A stretch of DNA of 64,000 bases. Source: Stegostoma tigrinum (taxonomy: Eukaryota). Location of the stretch: NCBI RefSeq assembly GCF_030684315.1, contig NC_081369.1, positions 32,479,152 to 32,543,151 of the forward strand, given 5' to 3'. Shown one piece after another: positions 35,701 through 46,192 of this stretch. Position 1 is the stretch's first letter, and every line of letters starts with the position of its first letter. Made by a program: the position numbers and the translations under genes. A model generated the notes under the pieces. The model saw only the letters and a program-made list of their open reading frames with translations. It was not told the origin of the DNA and made no database searches.

Positions 35701-38700
35701 GGTTCCATCATTACTAAGCGTGCATTTCTTCATCCATGAATCTAAATATTCACAGCCATTATTGCAAATGTGTCTAAAACTGAGACGGTTGTTAACTTCT
35801 TATCAATGGATGGCAATGTAGAAATCACTAACTCTAAAACTAGAGAGACTGGCTCAATTTCATTATGCCTCTTTCACCTGTGGGCTATGAACCAACGCTC
35901 CATAACCACCTGGAGTTAAATGACCTCAACTCGCATCTGTTGAAGATTGAACCTTGGAGTTCAATGATCTTCATTTTGTTCGACAGTGGGACTCTCCCTC
36001 TGGCCAAGCAAAATGAAGATCATAAATAGAAAGAAAAAAGCTCACAGTGTTAACAAATTGAGTTACTTTGGAACTAAGGGGGCTATTCTCATTATTGAAG
36101 GGTAATTAAATATATTTATTTGTCTTGTTTCAGTTTGCAGTTTAACAAGATCGGAGATGAAGGTGCAATGTATATGGCACAAGCAATGAAAAAAAATTGC
36201 AGCTTGGTTGAGTTAAGGTAATTGTTTAAATGTAAACTCACACCAGAACATTTTCTCCAATCCCAAACTCTCCCAGGTGTACTTATTTCCATTTGAGCTT
36301 TGAAGTTTGATTTCACAGACAGCTTATATTACCTGGTGGCTTGGCACTTGCCAGTCTGCTCATGTGCTGAATCTGGCTGATGTTTGCCCTGATCTTCAAT
36401 TACATTGGGCAGAGAACATAGAACACTGCAGCGCAGTACAGACCTTTTGGCTCTCGATGTTGCGCCAACCTGTGAAACCAAACTGAAGCCCATGTAACAT
36501 ACACTATTCCATTATCATCCATATGTTTATCCAATGACCATTTAAATGCCCTTAAACTTGGAGAGTCTACTACTGTTGCAGGCAGGACATTCCATGCCCT
36601 TACTACTTTCTGAGTAAATAACCTGCCTCTGACATCTTTGCTATATCTATCACCCCTCAATTTAAAGCTATGTCCCCTCACGCTAGCCACGTCCGTCTGA
36701 GGAAAAAGGCTCTCACTGTCCATCGTATCTAATCCTAAAAGCAATGGGAGTCTTGCCCATGAGCTGGAAATCTATGGGAGCCCCGTGTCACCTCTCTTGT
36801 TAAATATTGATCAGACACTGTATTGGGCAGTGAGGGCCTTTCCCAGAATCAATGATCCGAAGGGAAGAAGTACCACCCAAGAAGAGCTGCTTACCCACCA
36901 GAAGCCAGCAGCACTTAATTGTTAAAAATGGCACTGGGGGACCAGAGGCTGTTGCTTAGGCACCCACCTGAAGCCTAGGATCAGCTAAGCACAGGCCAAG
37001 GGAGTCATGGGCTGGATGGGAGGAGGGTTGGCAACTTAAATGGAACCCTGAGTCCTNNNNNNNNNNNNNNNNNNNNNNNNNNNNNNNNNNNNNNNNNNNN
37101 NNNNNNNNNNNNNNNNNNNNNNNNNNNNNNNNNNNNNNNNNNNNNNNNNNNNNNNNNNNNNNNNNNNNNNNNNNNNNNNNNNNNNNNNNNNNNNNNNNNA
37201 ATGAGACTGGGTGAATACCAATCGTGGTGCTATGAGAGGCTTAAGTAGTATTCATTTCCTAATTCAAAGCGCCAGTTAGTGGTGGGTCAGCAAATTTCTC
37301 CATGTGCTTTTCCACTGTAGAATTAACTGGGCTGGAGGCAAATCATTGTTTATTTTTAAGAGAATAGCTCCTTTAAAAGTGCTCTGCTATTTCCTTTTTC
37401 TTGTATGTCATCTATGATTTGTACCTTTTTATATTTAAGGATTTCAATTTATATGTTACTGTACTTTCTGGGTGGCTGATTAATGGAATGGATAATATTT
37501 GTTTGTAGACTCGGAGACAATGATATCACTGAAAAAGGGAGTGATTATTTTAGAAGTGCTTTAGAAGTCAATGACACACTTGAAGAATTATGGTAAGAAT
37601 TTTGTTTTATTGTTCATGAATTAAAATTGTTGTTTATTTAGAATTTTTTTTAGTTGATCACCACCATAGAAGAATGAAATTTTCTTCGAAGCTTGCATTT
37701 TAAAGCTGCTTAACCAGACTTGATGATGAATCAATGGTGGATAGTATTGAAACCAGTATAAATGAAAATGCAAAAGAAATACTGATAGTTTAGGCTAATA
37801 GGCAAAATTGTAGCTAATCGATTTCAGCATAGTCAAATATAAAAGGATGAAACAGAGCACTTTCCGACCTGTGAAAAGCTAAAGACTTTGGTCATCTGAA
37901 GAGACCTGGTGAAATGGGGTCCATGCACACAGAATATTAAGACTATTATGACTAAAAGGGTTAAATGAATGCTGGTCCTTATATCTGCTGGGACAGGATG
38001 CAAGTGGGTATAAGACAGCTATACAAATCCTGGCTAGGCTACACCTGCAGCACTGTGAACAGTTCTGAGCCGCACACGCTTGGGATATAAAGTATTGGCC
38101 TTGGAGATAATGCAGTGTAGCTTTACGGGAATAATTCCTTGACTCCAAAAGTAAAATTCTGATGAGATTACATAAACTGGTGTTGTATTCCCTGGAATTT
38201 GGAATATTTAAGGGTGATTTGGTTGAAGTTTTCAAGATATTAAGAACAGATAAGATCGATTGGGAGAGACTGTCTAGTTATGTTGTATTCATCGAGAACC
38301 ATTGTAAAAGAAAACCAGGTAAACATTTTTTTAAGAATGGAAGTAGGAAACACTTCTTCATGCAAAGAGTGGTAGATGTTTCAAACTCTCTTTCACAAAA
38401 AGTAATTGACACTGGATTAGTTGTTAATTTCAAAACTGAGTGATCAATTTTCATTAGCCAAAGACATCAAAGAATATGGAATACAGTTAGGTCACAGATC
38501 AGTGAGAAGTTCTGTGAATGATGGTATTGCTGCAGTGGACTAAATGTTTTACTTTTTCTGCTTTTCGGCGTGTCTATGCTGTGATCCCACTGGAAAAGGA
38601 GGCAGAAATAACAGCCTGATTTTAAAATTTGACGTTTGTTTTAGTAACAATGAAATTCACATCATTATAGGAAGAAATTAAAGTTTCTTATTTAAAATGC

Positions 38701-39846
38701 TACTGAATTTAAAGAGAAGTGTAAGATGCTAATAGGCATGTTTATTTTGTTTAAACTGGCAAATAACTTAATATTTACAATCAGTTCTATTTAAAAATAA
38801 ATAAAAGTTAATTTCAGTCACCACTGTGTCAAAGAAAATCAGACTACAGTAACCCAGTGTTCAACATAACTGCTCATGTTGGATATTGCAGTGATTGTAA
38901 TGAAGTCAGCCAGGCAGTTATCATCAAATATGAGTTCCCTGGTTGATCCTGTTAATCCGGTACAATCAGGGAGCCCTGGTTTACAAATCCCTGTAAGAGC
39001 TGGCTCTGAGGGAGCTGGATCAGTGTCAAAGACTCTCCATGTGTAAGTAAAGGGTAACTTGGAGACAGGACACCAGCCTCTATGGTTAGTTCAGGTTTCA
39101 ACAAGAGGACACATTTATCCTTTAATTTCAGAATCATCTCAAAACATGCAGTATTTAATCATTAAACTGACATATTTACATAATTTCCCATGACTACTTT
39201 TTGCAGTGAGTCAGAAGAAATTATGTATCACTTAGTGTTTGTTGTAACAATTTGAAAGATGTTATAGTTGTCACCTGGAATGGGAGTAGTTAAACAAATG
39301 CATGTTCTGGGCACATTTAAAGCACAGTTTTCTCTGGCTGCACTTAAGCCAGAAAGGAAATTCAGTGTGCATCATTTTATACATGAGATTTCCACCTTGA
39401 CTTTCCTTTCTGTATTGCATCCAAACAAGTACAAGTGTAAAATAAAAAAAAGAGGCACGTCATTCCTCCCTGTGGATGAAGAAAGAACTGCAGGATAAAA
39501 CAGCTTTTACAAAACGGTCAGAAATAGTAAAAACTGCTGATGCTGCAGTCAAAGATAACACAATGTGCAGCTGGAGGAATACAGCAGGCCAGGTAGCCCA
39601 TTTCTGAAGAGGGGTCTGGGTCCAAAATGTCAACTTGCCTACTCCTTTTTTACAAAATGGTCTTTCATTCCAATGTCCTGGTGTTTGACTCTTTTATTCA
39701 CTGAAGAACTGAAGCTTTTTGAGCCTTACCCTTAGAATCCTTTGATGTCTTTCTCGTTTAGGATTCTGGTGAATAGCATATCAAATGATGAAAAGGAAAG
39801 ACTGAAAAGTGCCAATTGCAAAAACCCAAATATTCGACTGAATTAA
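2690..39846 (+). CDS. Multi-exon gene model: B7-H6(NCR3LG1)-like IgV-IgC1-TM fused to cytoplasmic Ig-CARD-NACHT-LRR (membrane-anchored NLR); one in-frame stop at 25820-25822 (possible null allele, pseudogene or base error)
   Basis: Exons 2690-2759, 6308-6646, 10983-11312, 13875-13985, 16866-17297, 21868-22305, 24807-26535, 30238-30324, 31735-31818, 31951-32034, 36134-36217, 37509-37592, 39762-39846. All introns are GT-AG. The first six junctions are phase 1 and all LRR junctions are phase 2. Summed length is 3957 nt, in frame. Joining the Ig half to the NLR half is inferred from phase, not from a transcript. Confidence 0.75.
3273..3626. mobile_element. Short inverted pair of Penelope 3' ends
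   Basis: GATAGTAGGAACTGCAGATGCTGGAG... followed by its reverse complement; same terminus as other copies. Confidence 0.85.
3856..5446. mobile_element. Degenerate Penelope inverted pair (GIY-YIG region; minus copy to ~4920, then plus copy)
   Basis: ORF 4091..4486(-) IYCICCSQCGLLYFSETKQRLGDRF; ORF 4904..5401(+) HLPVANHFNSPSHS. Confidence 0.88.
6060..6240. repeat. Ancient SINE/LINE-tail repeat; inverted relative at ~28880-29075
   Basis: GAGTCAACC..GGAGTCACATGTAGGCCAGACCAGGTAAGGATGGCAGTTTCCTTCCCTAAAGGACATTA is similar to the reverse complement of ~28930-29050; family not assigned. Confidence 0.5.
6308..6646 (+). CDS. Exon 2: IgV domain, B7-H6-like
   Basis: Poly-T tract + GCAG acceptor, GTGAGT donor. 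V-set motifs LGCTF..IEW..RPG..NASLLLKNV..DIGLYSCTV..KATGKVSL resemble human NCR3LG1 (RPG..DASLRL..YRCEV..KAQGTVQL, from memory). Confidence 0.9.
9088..9525 (-). mobile_element. Penelope 3' fragment with consensus hammerhead motif
   Basis: Near-identical to 22468-22880. Confidence 0.88.
10983..11312 (+). CDS. Exon 3: IgC1 domain, B7-H6-like
   Basis: C1-set motifs EDKAIICEMKSFYPE..ISW..VTG..NQDGTFNLLS..YVCKVIHETLKTP; phase 1/1; TAG acceptor, GTGAGT donor. Confidence 0.9.
12915..13205 (-). mobile_element. Degenerate SINE, same family
   Basis: GGAGAATGTGCAA..GCTGTGAGGCAGCAGTGCCAACCACTGAGC similarity. Confidence 0.7.
13875..13985 (+). CDS. Exon 4: transmembrane segment
   Basis: Not in the ORF track. 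ttgcattccgctAG acceptor, AAG|GTAAAG donor, 111 nt, phase 1/1. Encodes GYNPRTRS-GILLTFLLTCVITTAVCSGAFIFCSF-KRQ (hydrophobic stretch followed by basic stop-transfer residues). Confidence 0.8.
15225..15818 (+). mobile_element. Degenerate CR1 3' fragment
   Basis: CTTTATAGAACTTTAGTTAGGCCACAC.. and GGAGGTTGAGGGGGCAACCTGATA homology to CR1 ORF2 end. Confidence 0.75.
16866..17297 (+). CDS. Exon 5: divergent Ig C1-like domain (predicted cytoplasmic)
   Basis: VSLACAVLWFKPKAIEVSWY...YSLVSQLTF...YSFEVQHDAL; F-strand Cys replaced by Phe; roughly 30-35 aa insertion; phase 1/1. Confidence 0.8.
18975..19860 (-). mobile_element. Degenerate CR1 fragments
   Basis: Minus ORFs MDVDRVFPLVGESMTRGYNLRV; QRNLGVLVHES..LLKLYKSL. 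Confidence 0.75.
20700..21019 (-). mobile_element. tRNA-derived SINE (V-SINE/HE1-like) with CR1-type tail
   Basis: Minus strand begins GGGCAGCACGGTGGCTCAGTGGTTAGCAC (A box) ... GGTTCAATTCC (B box); ends in (AATCT)n. Confidence 0.85.
21868..22305 (+). CDS. Exon 6: CARD-like death-fold domain
   Basis: IEEGRRAVVNYI..IQPLLNLLVNKKIISEDDHNAI..DKGRILLDMLSHRGQELCANFLNVLQD..YPGL is a typical CARD helix pattern; AACAG acceptor, GTAAGC donor, phase 1/1. Confidence 0.8.
22468..23782. mobile_element. Fold-back (inverted) Penelope 3' insertion, ~630-bp arms
   Basis: Arms ~22505-23152 and 23160-23782 around a 7-nt loop; mirror-image ORFs on both strands; possible AATCTGT TSD (22461-22467, 23788-23794). 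Confidence 0.92.
24807..26535 (+). CDS. Exon 7: FISNA-like + NACHT (NBD, HD1, WHD, HD2) + first LRRs; interrupted by TAG at 25820-25822
   Basis: Walker A GVAGIGKS, Walker B ILFLFDGLDE, sensor ILITSRP, LCYVPAFC, WHD IIKLAQLAWDG..IIFSEKDV and FFHLTHQEFFAALY. ORFs 24821..25822 and 25961..26542 are in the same frame, separated only by that stop. Confidence 0.92.
27649..28049. mobile_element. Second-family Penelope-like fold-back element with 13-bp TSD
   Basis: ~150-bp inverted arms (27649-27801, 27857-28010); GCATATGTACGTT duplicated at 27636-27648 and 28050-28062; hammerhead core present. Confidence 0.85.
27925..27984 (+). ncRNA. Minimal type-I hammerhead ribozyme motif (Penelope-associated)
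   Basis: GGAGGCTCA-CTGATGA-TGTTACC-TAGAAT-GGTGAC-GAAA-CG-TC-TGA...CCTTCC: conserved CUGAUGA/GAAA core, stem II, GUC cleavage triplet, flanking stem I. Confidence 0.7.
29459..29697. mobile_element. Short inverted Penelope 3'-end pair
   Basis: Same terminus on both strands; degenerate TSD CTC(T/C)TGCCA(G/A)CTAG. Confidence 0.8.
30238..30324 (+). CDS. Exon 8: LRR (87 nt)
   Basis: LEGNMLEDEGAEIIANALRSKTCRIEIL; phase 2/2; CACAG acceptor, GTAAAT donor. Confidence 0.88.
30963..31277 (+). mobile_element. tRNA-derived SINE, same family
   Basis: GCACGGTGGCTCAGTCGTTAGTACTGCAGCCTCACAGC... homologous to 20700-21019. Confidence 0.8.
31735..31818 (+). CDS. Exon 9: LRR (84 nt)
   Basis: LKHNSIQEKGAAQIADAFKTNRSLKTLG; phase 2/2. 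Confidence 0.9.
31951..32034 (+). CDS. Exon 10: LRR (84 nt)
   Basis: LRANSVRAKGARSMAEALEINTTLRVFG; phase 2/2. Confidence 0.9.
32415..34383. mobile_element. Inverted Penelope insertion (minus 3' end to ~33040, then plus RT-thumb + GIY-YIG copy), frameshifted
   Basis: FLDLSVSISGNHLETDIYFKPTDSHSYL and NVVYCIHCSRCGLLYSGETKRRLG; TSD TCACTGC(G/T)AGAGCAG at 32400-32414 and 34384-34398. Confidence 0.92.
34784..35555 (-). mobile_element. CR1 LINE 3' fragment (ORF2 C-terminus)
   Basis: KCEVMHFGRSN..RDLGVHV..LYKTLVRLHLEYCVQFWSPHYKK..LFSLERRRLRGDLIETYKI. Confidence 0.92.
36134..36217 (+). CDS. Exon 11: LRR (84 nt)
   Basis: LQFNKIGDEGAMYMAQAMKKNCSLVELR; phase 2/2. Confidence 0.9.
36410..36737 (-). mobile_element. 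CR1 3' end
   Basis: Homologous to 34784-35100. Confidence 0.85.
37057..37199. other. Assembly gap (143 N)
   Basis: Run of n inside the LRR exon 11-12 intron. Confidence 1.
37509..37592 (+). CDS. Exon 12: LRR (84 nt)
   Basis: LGDNDITEKGSDYFRSALEVNDTLEELW; phase 2/2. Confidence 0.9.
37830..38540 (+). mobile_element. Old CR1 fragment
   Basis: LYSLEF..KGDLVEVFKIL..KHFFMQRVV. Confidence 0.65.
39762..39846 (+). CDS. Exon 13: terminal coding exon (LRR cap)
   Basis: tctttctcgtttAG acceptor; (W)ILVNSISNDEKERLKSANCKNPNIRLN-stop, resembling the last repeat/cap of NOD1- or NLRC3-type LRRs. Confidence 0.75.
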
Positions 39847-40477
39847 TTTCAGAAAATTAAGCACATGGGTATGTATCTTGTACAAGTGTACAGCTAAAGA
39901 TGGAAGTTCCTTCTATTTGTTTATGTTATGAGTACAAAATGTTTGGTGAGCATATCAGCCGTGAAAAATTTAATTCTTCTATTTGTGTTCTTGTCAGGAT
40001 TGTAAAAGCAACATGAAGGGGAATTTTATTAGATCTTTAGACATAGGATTGGATGCAAAGGATTGACACTTGGCAGGTCAATTTCAGTGCCTCTCACCCT
40101 TTCTAGGGGCACCTTGAGTGTGCTGATGGTAACCTAGCAAGTAGTAGAGGGAGCCAATTGACGCCATTAAGTAATTAGCAAAGATTTTCCAAGGGCAATG
40201 GAATCTTTCAGTCGCACATGGAATCCTGCCTTGTGCTTGCCAGTTGTTCACAGGGACTGCTGGCTACCATTCCAGTCTTATGATTAAATTCACCTTCCCC
40301 CCTGCCACCCTGACAACAATCCCGGGGCACCCTCTTAATTGAATATCTCTAGAAAGATATTCTAGATATCGCCAGCAGTCCCTGCTGGTAAGAAACATAA
40401 GTTTGGTTGTTATTGTATAGATTCCAGACCGGTGTACTTTAAGACATTATGTGACATTATAACATGTGACATTCCAA

Positions 40478-40483
40478 AATAAA
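40478..40483 (+). terminator. Candidate polyadenylation signal of the Ig-NLR gene
   Basis: AATAAA about 630 nt after the stop codon, followed by GT-rich sequence. Confidence 0.4.
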
Positions 40484-43034
40484 TGTATCCACTTCACCTC
40501 TAACATAGTGCAATGAAGTCAATGTACTGTGTTCAGTCAGTCAGCTATGTGTATGTAAGATATATAACATAATTAAGCACAAAACCCAGATTGTGTTTAA
40601 GTGTGTGATATGCTAACAATTTAAATAGTTAATGTCCTTGATAAACTTCAAGATACCTATCTTATCTAGACTCTCTCTTTTTAAAATAGGACGATCACAA
40701 ATGGTCCAATTTTTAACAATGGGTCTTCATAGCTGCAGTACTAAAATAATATTCAGCAAAATACAAACAAACAGGGAAAAGCAACAGTTTTCTACGCTAA
40801 TAAGGTCATACCTGTGCCCAGACATCAGTTGATTCCACCATTTTGCTTTTGGGATACAAAGCAAAAACTAAAATAGGACTGCATGATGTCACAGCTCTCT
40901 CTTTTTGGAAATGCCATCTAAAGGCACAAGCCTGCTGTTTGGAAAGCAACAACGAGAAAAAAAGAAACCAATGACAGACAAAAAATGCCCTATATTGCAA
41001 TTTGAATTCTTATACCGTCAGTTTTAAAGAACATCGTAAAGATGGATTATCACTCCATTGCCAATTTATTAGAATTTCGGTTATTTGAAGAAAGAATCAA
41101 TCTTTACTTTCTGGACTAACAAATAATTGATAAAGAATAATAGACAGTCAAACTTTTTATTGCTTTCTGTAGCGCACAAATATCCCCTAAATACTGAATT
41201 CAGAGCCATTTTGTGCTCTGAGGCCATCTCCAGTTGTGGATTGAGACTATTGGATGCAAACTGGATAGATTTGAGTCTGTTTCTTGCGTGACAATAACCT
41301 AATTTCCTATGCTTAGAGATCCTTGGAAGAGCGCAGTGACTTCCAAGTGTCATAGGCGCCCTCTGTAACCAGGCAAATGCCTTGAATGCTTAAAATTAAG
41401 GTCCCAGTGCTAGTTTTGAACCCTGATGCAAAATGGTTGTCAGCAACACACTGTCTGCATAATCAACTGTTCTGGATCTTTAATGTCTAATTTAGGGCTG
41501 CTCAATGGATTAGGAACTATCCACAAAAACAGGGGAAGATTATTTTCTTTCTGGATTGAAACTAGGTGAAGCAGCAATTGTCCTGTTCCCAGAGAAATTC
41601 TCTATGTTGGTGCTGCTTCAGATTCAGTACTTCTTTCTCTGCCTTGTCTCAACAAATCAGCTCCCCAACTGCTAGGGCCAGCCTAATTAAAATTTTGAAC
41701 TCTCCAACCCATAAGCTGCATGAGCTACCCAACTACTGTCTGCAGCTTGTTGCTGATGCCCCAGGGACAATTTTGATCAATTCTCATTTCTTCATCTATT
41801 TCAAATAAAAACTGACATTGAGCAATTTAGCCTTATAGCCAGCAGAGATAGAAGTCTTGTTCAGATTGTGTTTCAGCTTAGCCAAAAATGGCATGAACTG
41901 CGAAATATTGCATGCATACTTGTACAATATATTTCAAGGTATATCAAAGGTGTGCAAACATTTGAGGCAAAAATACAATTCAATTACTAGATGTGACTCT
42001 TGTGTTTTTGCAAATAAGACTTGGAGTGTAAAAGAAAGATCATTCTCTGACACTGATTCTGGACAGAGCCTATGATTAGCTGGGTAGCCTAAAAGGTATA
42101 TATAGTCACACACTGATGCAGCCTGGCTGTGCTATATGAATGCATGCCAGAAGCTTTGTGTGTAGACTCTGTTCAGGTCACTGTGGTGGGTCAACAAAAC
42201 ACATGTTATTCTATTCTGTATTGATAGGCAATGTTCATTGTTGTAAAGTAAAAATAATTGTTCTAAAATACAAACAGAAAGTACCGGAAACTCTCTGTTG
42301 GCCTGGCAACATCAGTGAATGCAGCAACAGAATTAACATTTTGGGTCCGATCTAACACGTCACAGGAAAAGTGCACTCAGACTCAAAAAGTTACCCCTGT
42401 TTCTCACTCCATACTTGCTGCCAATCCAGCTTAGTGTCTGCAGTGCTTTGTGTTTTTGTTTCAAATTTCCATCATTCTCAATATCTTGCTTTTGTTTTAG
42501 TGATATTTGTTCCCTCCATTGCTGAAACTTTTAATTTCTTGCCTTAAATCATGCTTAGGAGCTATGTGGCAAAAGAAAAGTATATTTCATTAGGACACCA
42601 AATTCAGCATTTTTCTGGAATGAACAGGGCTAATAATGAACTCTGCTCAGCTGTTCCAGGATCAGCAATGTTATACAATGTGATATATTCCTGACTGTCT
42701 CCAGTGGAAAATAGATGGATACCAGAAATCAACATCGACAAGCTGAAGAACTTTGATGACACTGAGCACTTTCCATGATGTGACTCTTGTTTAAGAAAGT
42801 GCAACTACTGTTGAAAATGAACTGTCTAAATCACAGGCTTATAAAAGGGGATATGTTTATGTTATTAATGCCTACGTTTGTTGGTGCCAGCTTAAGGTAT
42901 ATTCCCGAAACTATCCATCATAAACACTCAGCGCAGACAGCACCCTCCAATTGAAATGCCTTGAGGTGAAAGTTTAAGCTTTATTTCTTATTTATTTTAT
43001 TTAGGAAAAGATATGTATACAATTCTTTGGACTT

Positions 43035-43830
43035 TCGCACTTTGGAAAAAAGAATACAGGCATGGACTATTTTCTAAATGGTGAGAAAATTCGCAAATCA
43101 GAAGTACAAAGGGATCTGGGAGTGTTGGTCCAGGATTCTGTAAAGGTTAACTTGCAGATAGAGTCCGTGATTAAGAAAGCGAATGTAATGTTGTCATTTA
43201 TCTCAAGAGGGTTGGAATATAAAAGCAGCGATGTGCTTTTGAGGCTTTATAAAGCTCTAGTTAGGCCCCATTTAGAATACTGTGTCCAATTTTGGGCCCC
43301 ACACATCAGGAAGGACATACTAGCCCTGGAGCGTGTCCAGCGGAGATTCACATGGATGCTCCCTGGAATGGTCGGTTTAACGTATGATGAATGGCTAAGG
43401 ATCCTGGGATTGTACTCAGTAGAGTTTAGAAGGTTGAGGGGCGATCTAATAGAAACTTACAAGATAATGTATGGCTTAGAAGGGGTGGACACTAGGAAGT
43501 TGTTTCCGTTAGGCGAGGAGCCTAGGACCCGTGGGCACAGCCTTAAAATTAGAGGGGGTAAATTTAAAACTGAAATGAGAGACATTTCTTCAGCCAGGAA
43601 GTGGTGGGCTTGTGGAAATCATTGCCACGGAGTGCAGTGGAGGCCGGGACGTTGGATGCCTTCAAGGCAGAGATCGACAAATTCTTGATCTCGCAAGGAA
43701 TCAAGGGCTACGGGGAGAGTGCAGGGAAGTGGAGTTGAAATACCCATCAGCCATGATTTAAATGGAAGAGTGGACTTGATTGGCCGAATGACCTTACTTC
43801 CACTCCTATGTCTTATGGTCTTATGGTCTT
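43035..43830 (+). mobile_element. CR1 LINE 3' fragment
   Basis: ORF 43062..43688 QRDLGVLV..LYKALVRPHLEYCVQFWAP; (TCTTATGG)n tail. Confidence 0.92.
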
Positions 43831-46192
43831 CTTTGGATGTGACACATACCATCCTTCATCTGACTTTGGAGGATGTTTATTGTGGGACAGCACGAACATA
43901 TGGGCTAGACAAGTTTCCTTTGCTGAGGGAGATAATGAATGCTAATCTAACAACAGCAAGGATAAAAAATTCCATTCTTCTAAATGTTGCTTTTAACACC
44001 TTTTTAAAAGCAAATGAAATGTACAAATAATTTTTTTTAAAATGTACAATTTCATTTTGATTTGAAGTCTTTTACTAAGTATTATTTTTTGATGAGTTTC
44101 AAAACTTTGAGTAGTGCTACTCGCATATAAAATTCCAATGTAGCTCTTCTCCATTCCTCTCTGCACTGTTCTAGTGCAAATGTTACACTGTCAGTATTAA
44201 CACAGTGCAGAAAATAATCTAATAGATTTATTTTGCGTGTTTTTCTAACCGCAGCGATATAATTTAAATCCTGTATGTTTCTAATTAATATGAATTCAGA
44301 GGTTCTAAGGGTGCTTCTTTGCTGTCCACACCATTTTTCTGAATACAGTGAATCAGAGCTTATTTAAACCTCGGCGCAGAGCACATGCTTTCAATCAACA
44401 CTTGAATACATGTATTTCCTATGATGGAGCTCTGTAGTAATCGGATGAAGAAGAAACCTATCCAATTTGCTGTGGCTGGTCTTGGTACAGTGAGACTCCT
44501 ACAATTAACAGAATTTACACGAACCAGAATCTGAGCCAGGACCTGATTGTCCTGTCCTGGGTGCTTTGTACTACTTTATATGAACCAAATCTCTGCTGAG
44601 GGAATTCCACATTAACAATCTCATGATATAAGGGCTGCAAGAATGTTTCATTACTATTACATTGTACAACAGTGATATTGTATCCAACTTGTGTTCTGTG
44701 ATCAAAAATAAATACAATCATTTTGAGTTTATATTTAGGGAAAATGTCACTTTTCTGCAATGTCAGACCAACTGATCATCAACCCACATTATTGGGATAA
44801 AAATTTTCCAGTCCAAACCATAGCCTTTGAAGAGTGCACACGCAGTTTAACTGAGTGAAATTGGAGAGTCGTTCTCATGGTACACTCTGCTCCTGAAGTT
44901 ATTATTATGTGCCAAGAAATTCTTGTTTGAGGTAATATTTAGAATACTATAGCCCAGAAATGGTCAAGTCTGCTTTTACCCAGATGATCTATCTCATTTA
45001 TTCTCTCTCCTTAATCCCTCACTTGCCCTTCTTTTACTCTTACATAGTTTTTACATGTTTAAAATAAAGTTTTATCACTAATCAAAGAAATCAGCAATGG
45101 TGTTAGTTGGAACTATTTTACAGCAGAGTAGAGCCCTACCTTTTGCCTACAAATGAGAAACAATTTTGCTTTCCAGATATTTGGTTAGTAAAAATTTTGC
45201 CGAGTTCAACTAAATATGGAAGTGATTATCATCACACCTTTACAGGGATATTTAAGCAACTGTTGGATAGCTACATAGATGATAGTAAAATGTAGGGTAT
45301 GCAGAGTAGTTTGATCTTCAAGTAAGATAATAGGGCAGTACAACATTGTGGGCCGAAGGGCCTGTACTGTGCTATACTGTTCAATGTTCCATGTTCTTGT
45401 TCTGTATTTTTACACTGACACTTATAGTTGTGGGGACTACATTACCCCCAGATGAAGCTCACTGCAAAGTATTCGACATTAAGGACTTCTGAACACTTGA
45501 ATTTCAGGATAACTGTTAACACAGGGAAACTTCCCTTTTTGCTAGGTTAAAAATCCAATTTTTAGAAATTTGGGCAGAATGTTACAATCTCTGGTGAGAT
45601 GTGTTTCTAAGCATGTGGGTCCTTCCAAATTCAGTACCTGCATTTCACTTCCCCTACCTGCCTGGACCCTACCTGGTTAAGGTAGTTAAGGTGGCAGGCA
45701 AAGCTTCAGATGGCTAGCTCTCACATCAATCAAGCTCATGTCGCTGCTCACCTAGCTATAACCTTTCACCTGGTAGGAGGAGGTTGGTGACTGACAGGAA
45801 GCCCAACAGGATACAGAGAGATACAGACAGGAGATAGACAGTGGTGGAGGATTGGTTCTCAGACAACGTCAGGCATAAGCTTCCAGTACCTTTCACTGAT
45901 AGGTCTTTTCTGCCTGAGTTTTCCACTAGATCCAATTAAAACCGGCAAGGTATGCCTTCATTCCCTCTCTGACTCAGGCCATAACAATTCTGACAATCCA
46001 GATTTCTCAAGACTTTTGTAAACAATGCTGCATATGTAATAGTCAGCACTAGTAAAACTGACCCTGTGGGGAATCTTATTTCCACTCCCCATCACAGAAG
46101 ACCTGTGCTTGGAGAATTCCAATTCTCTTCTCCGTGCCTCACAGCAGTGACTTCTGTGTGTCCTGTGAGAGGTGCTATAAACCTCAACCCAA

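Noticed and set aside
21868-39846. Assigning NOD1, NOD2, NLRC3 or NLRC5 as gene symbol
   Set aside because: Domain order is NOD1/NLRC-like but I do not recognise orthology-level similarity; needs a phylogeny.
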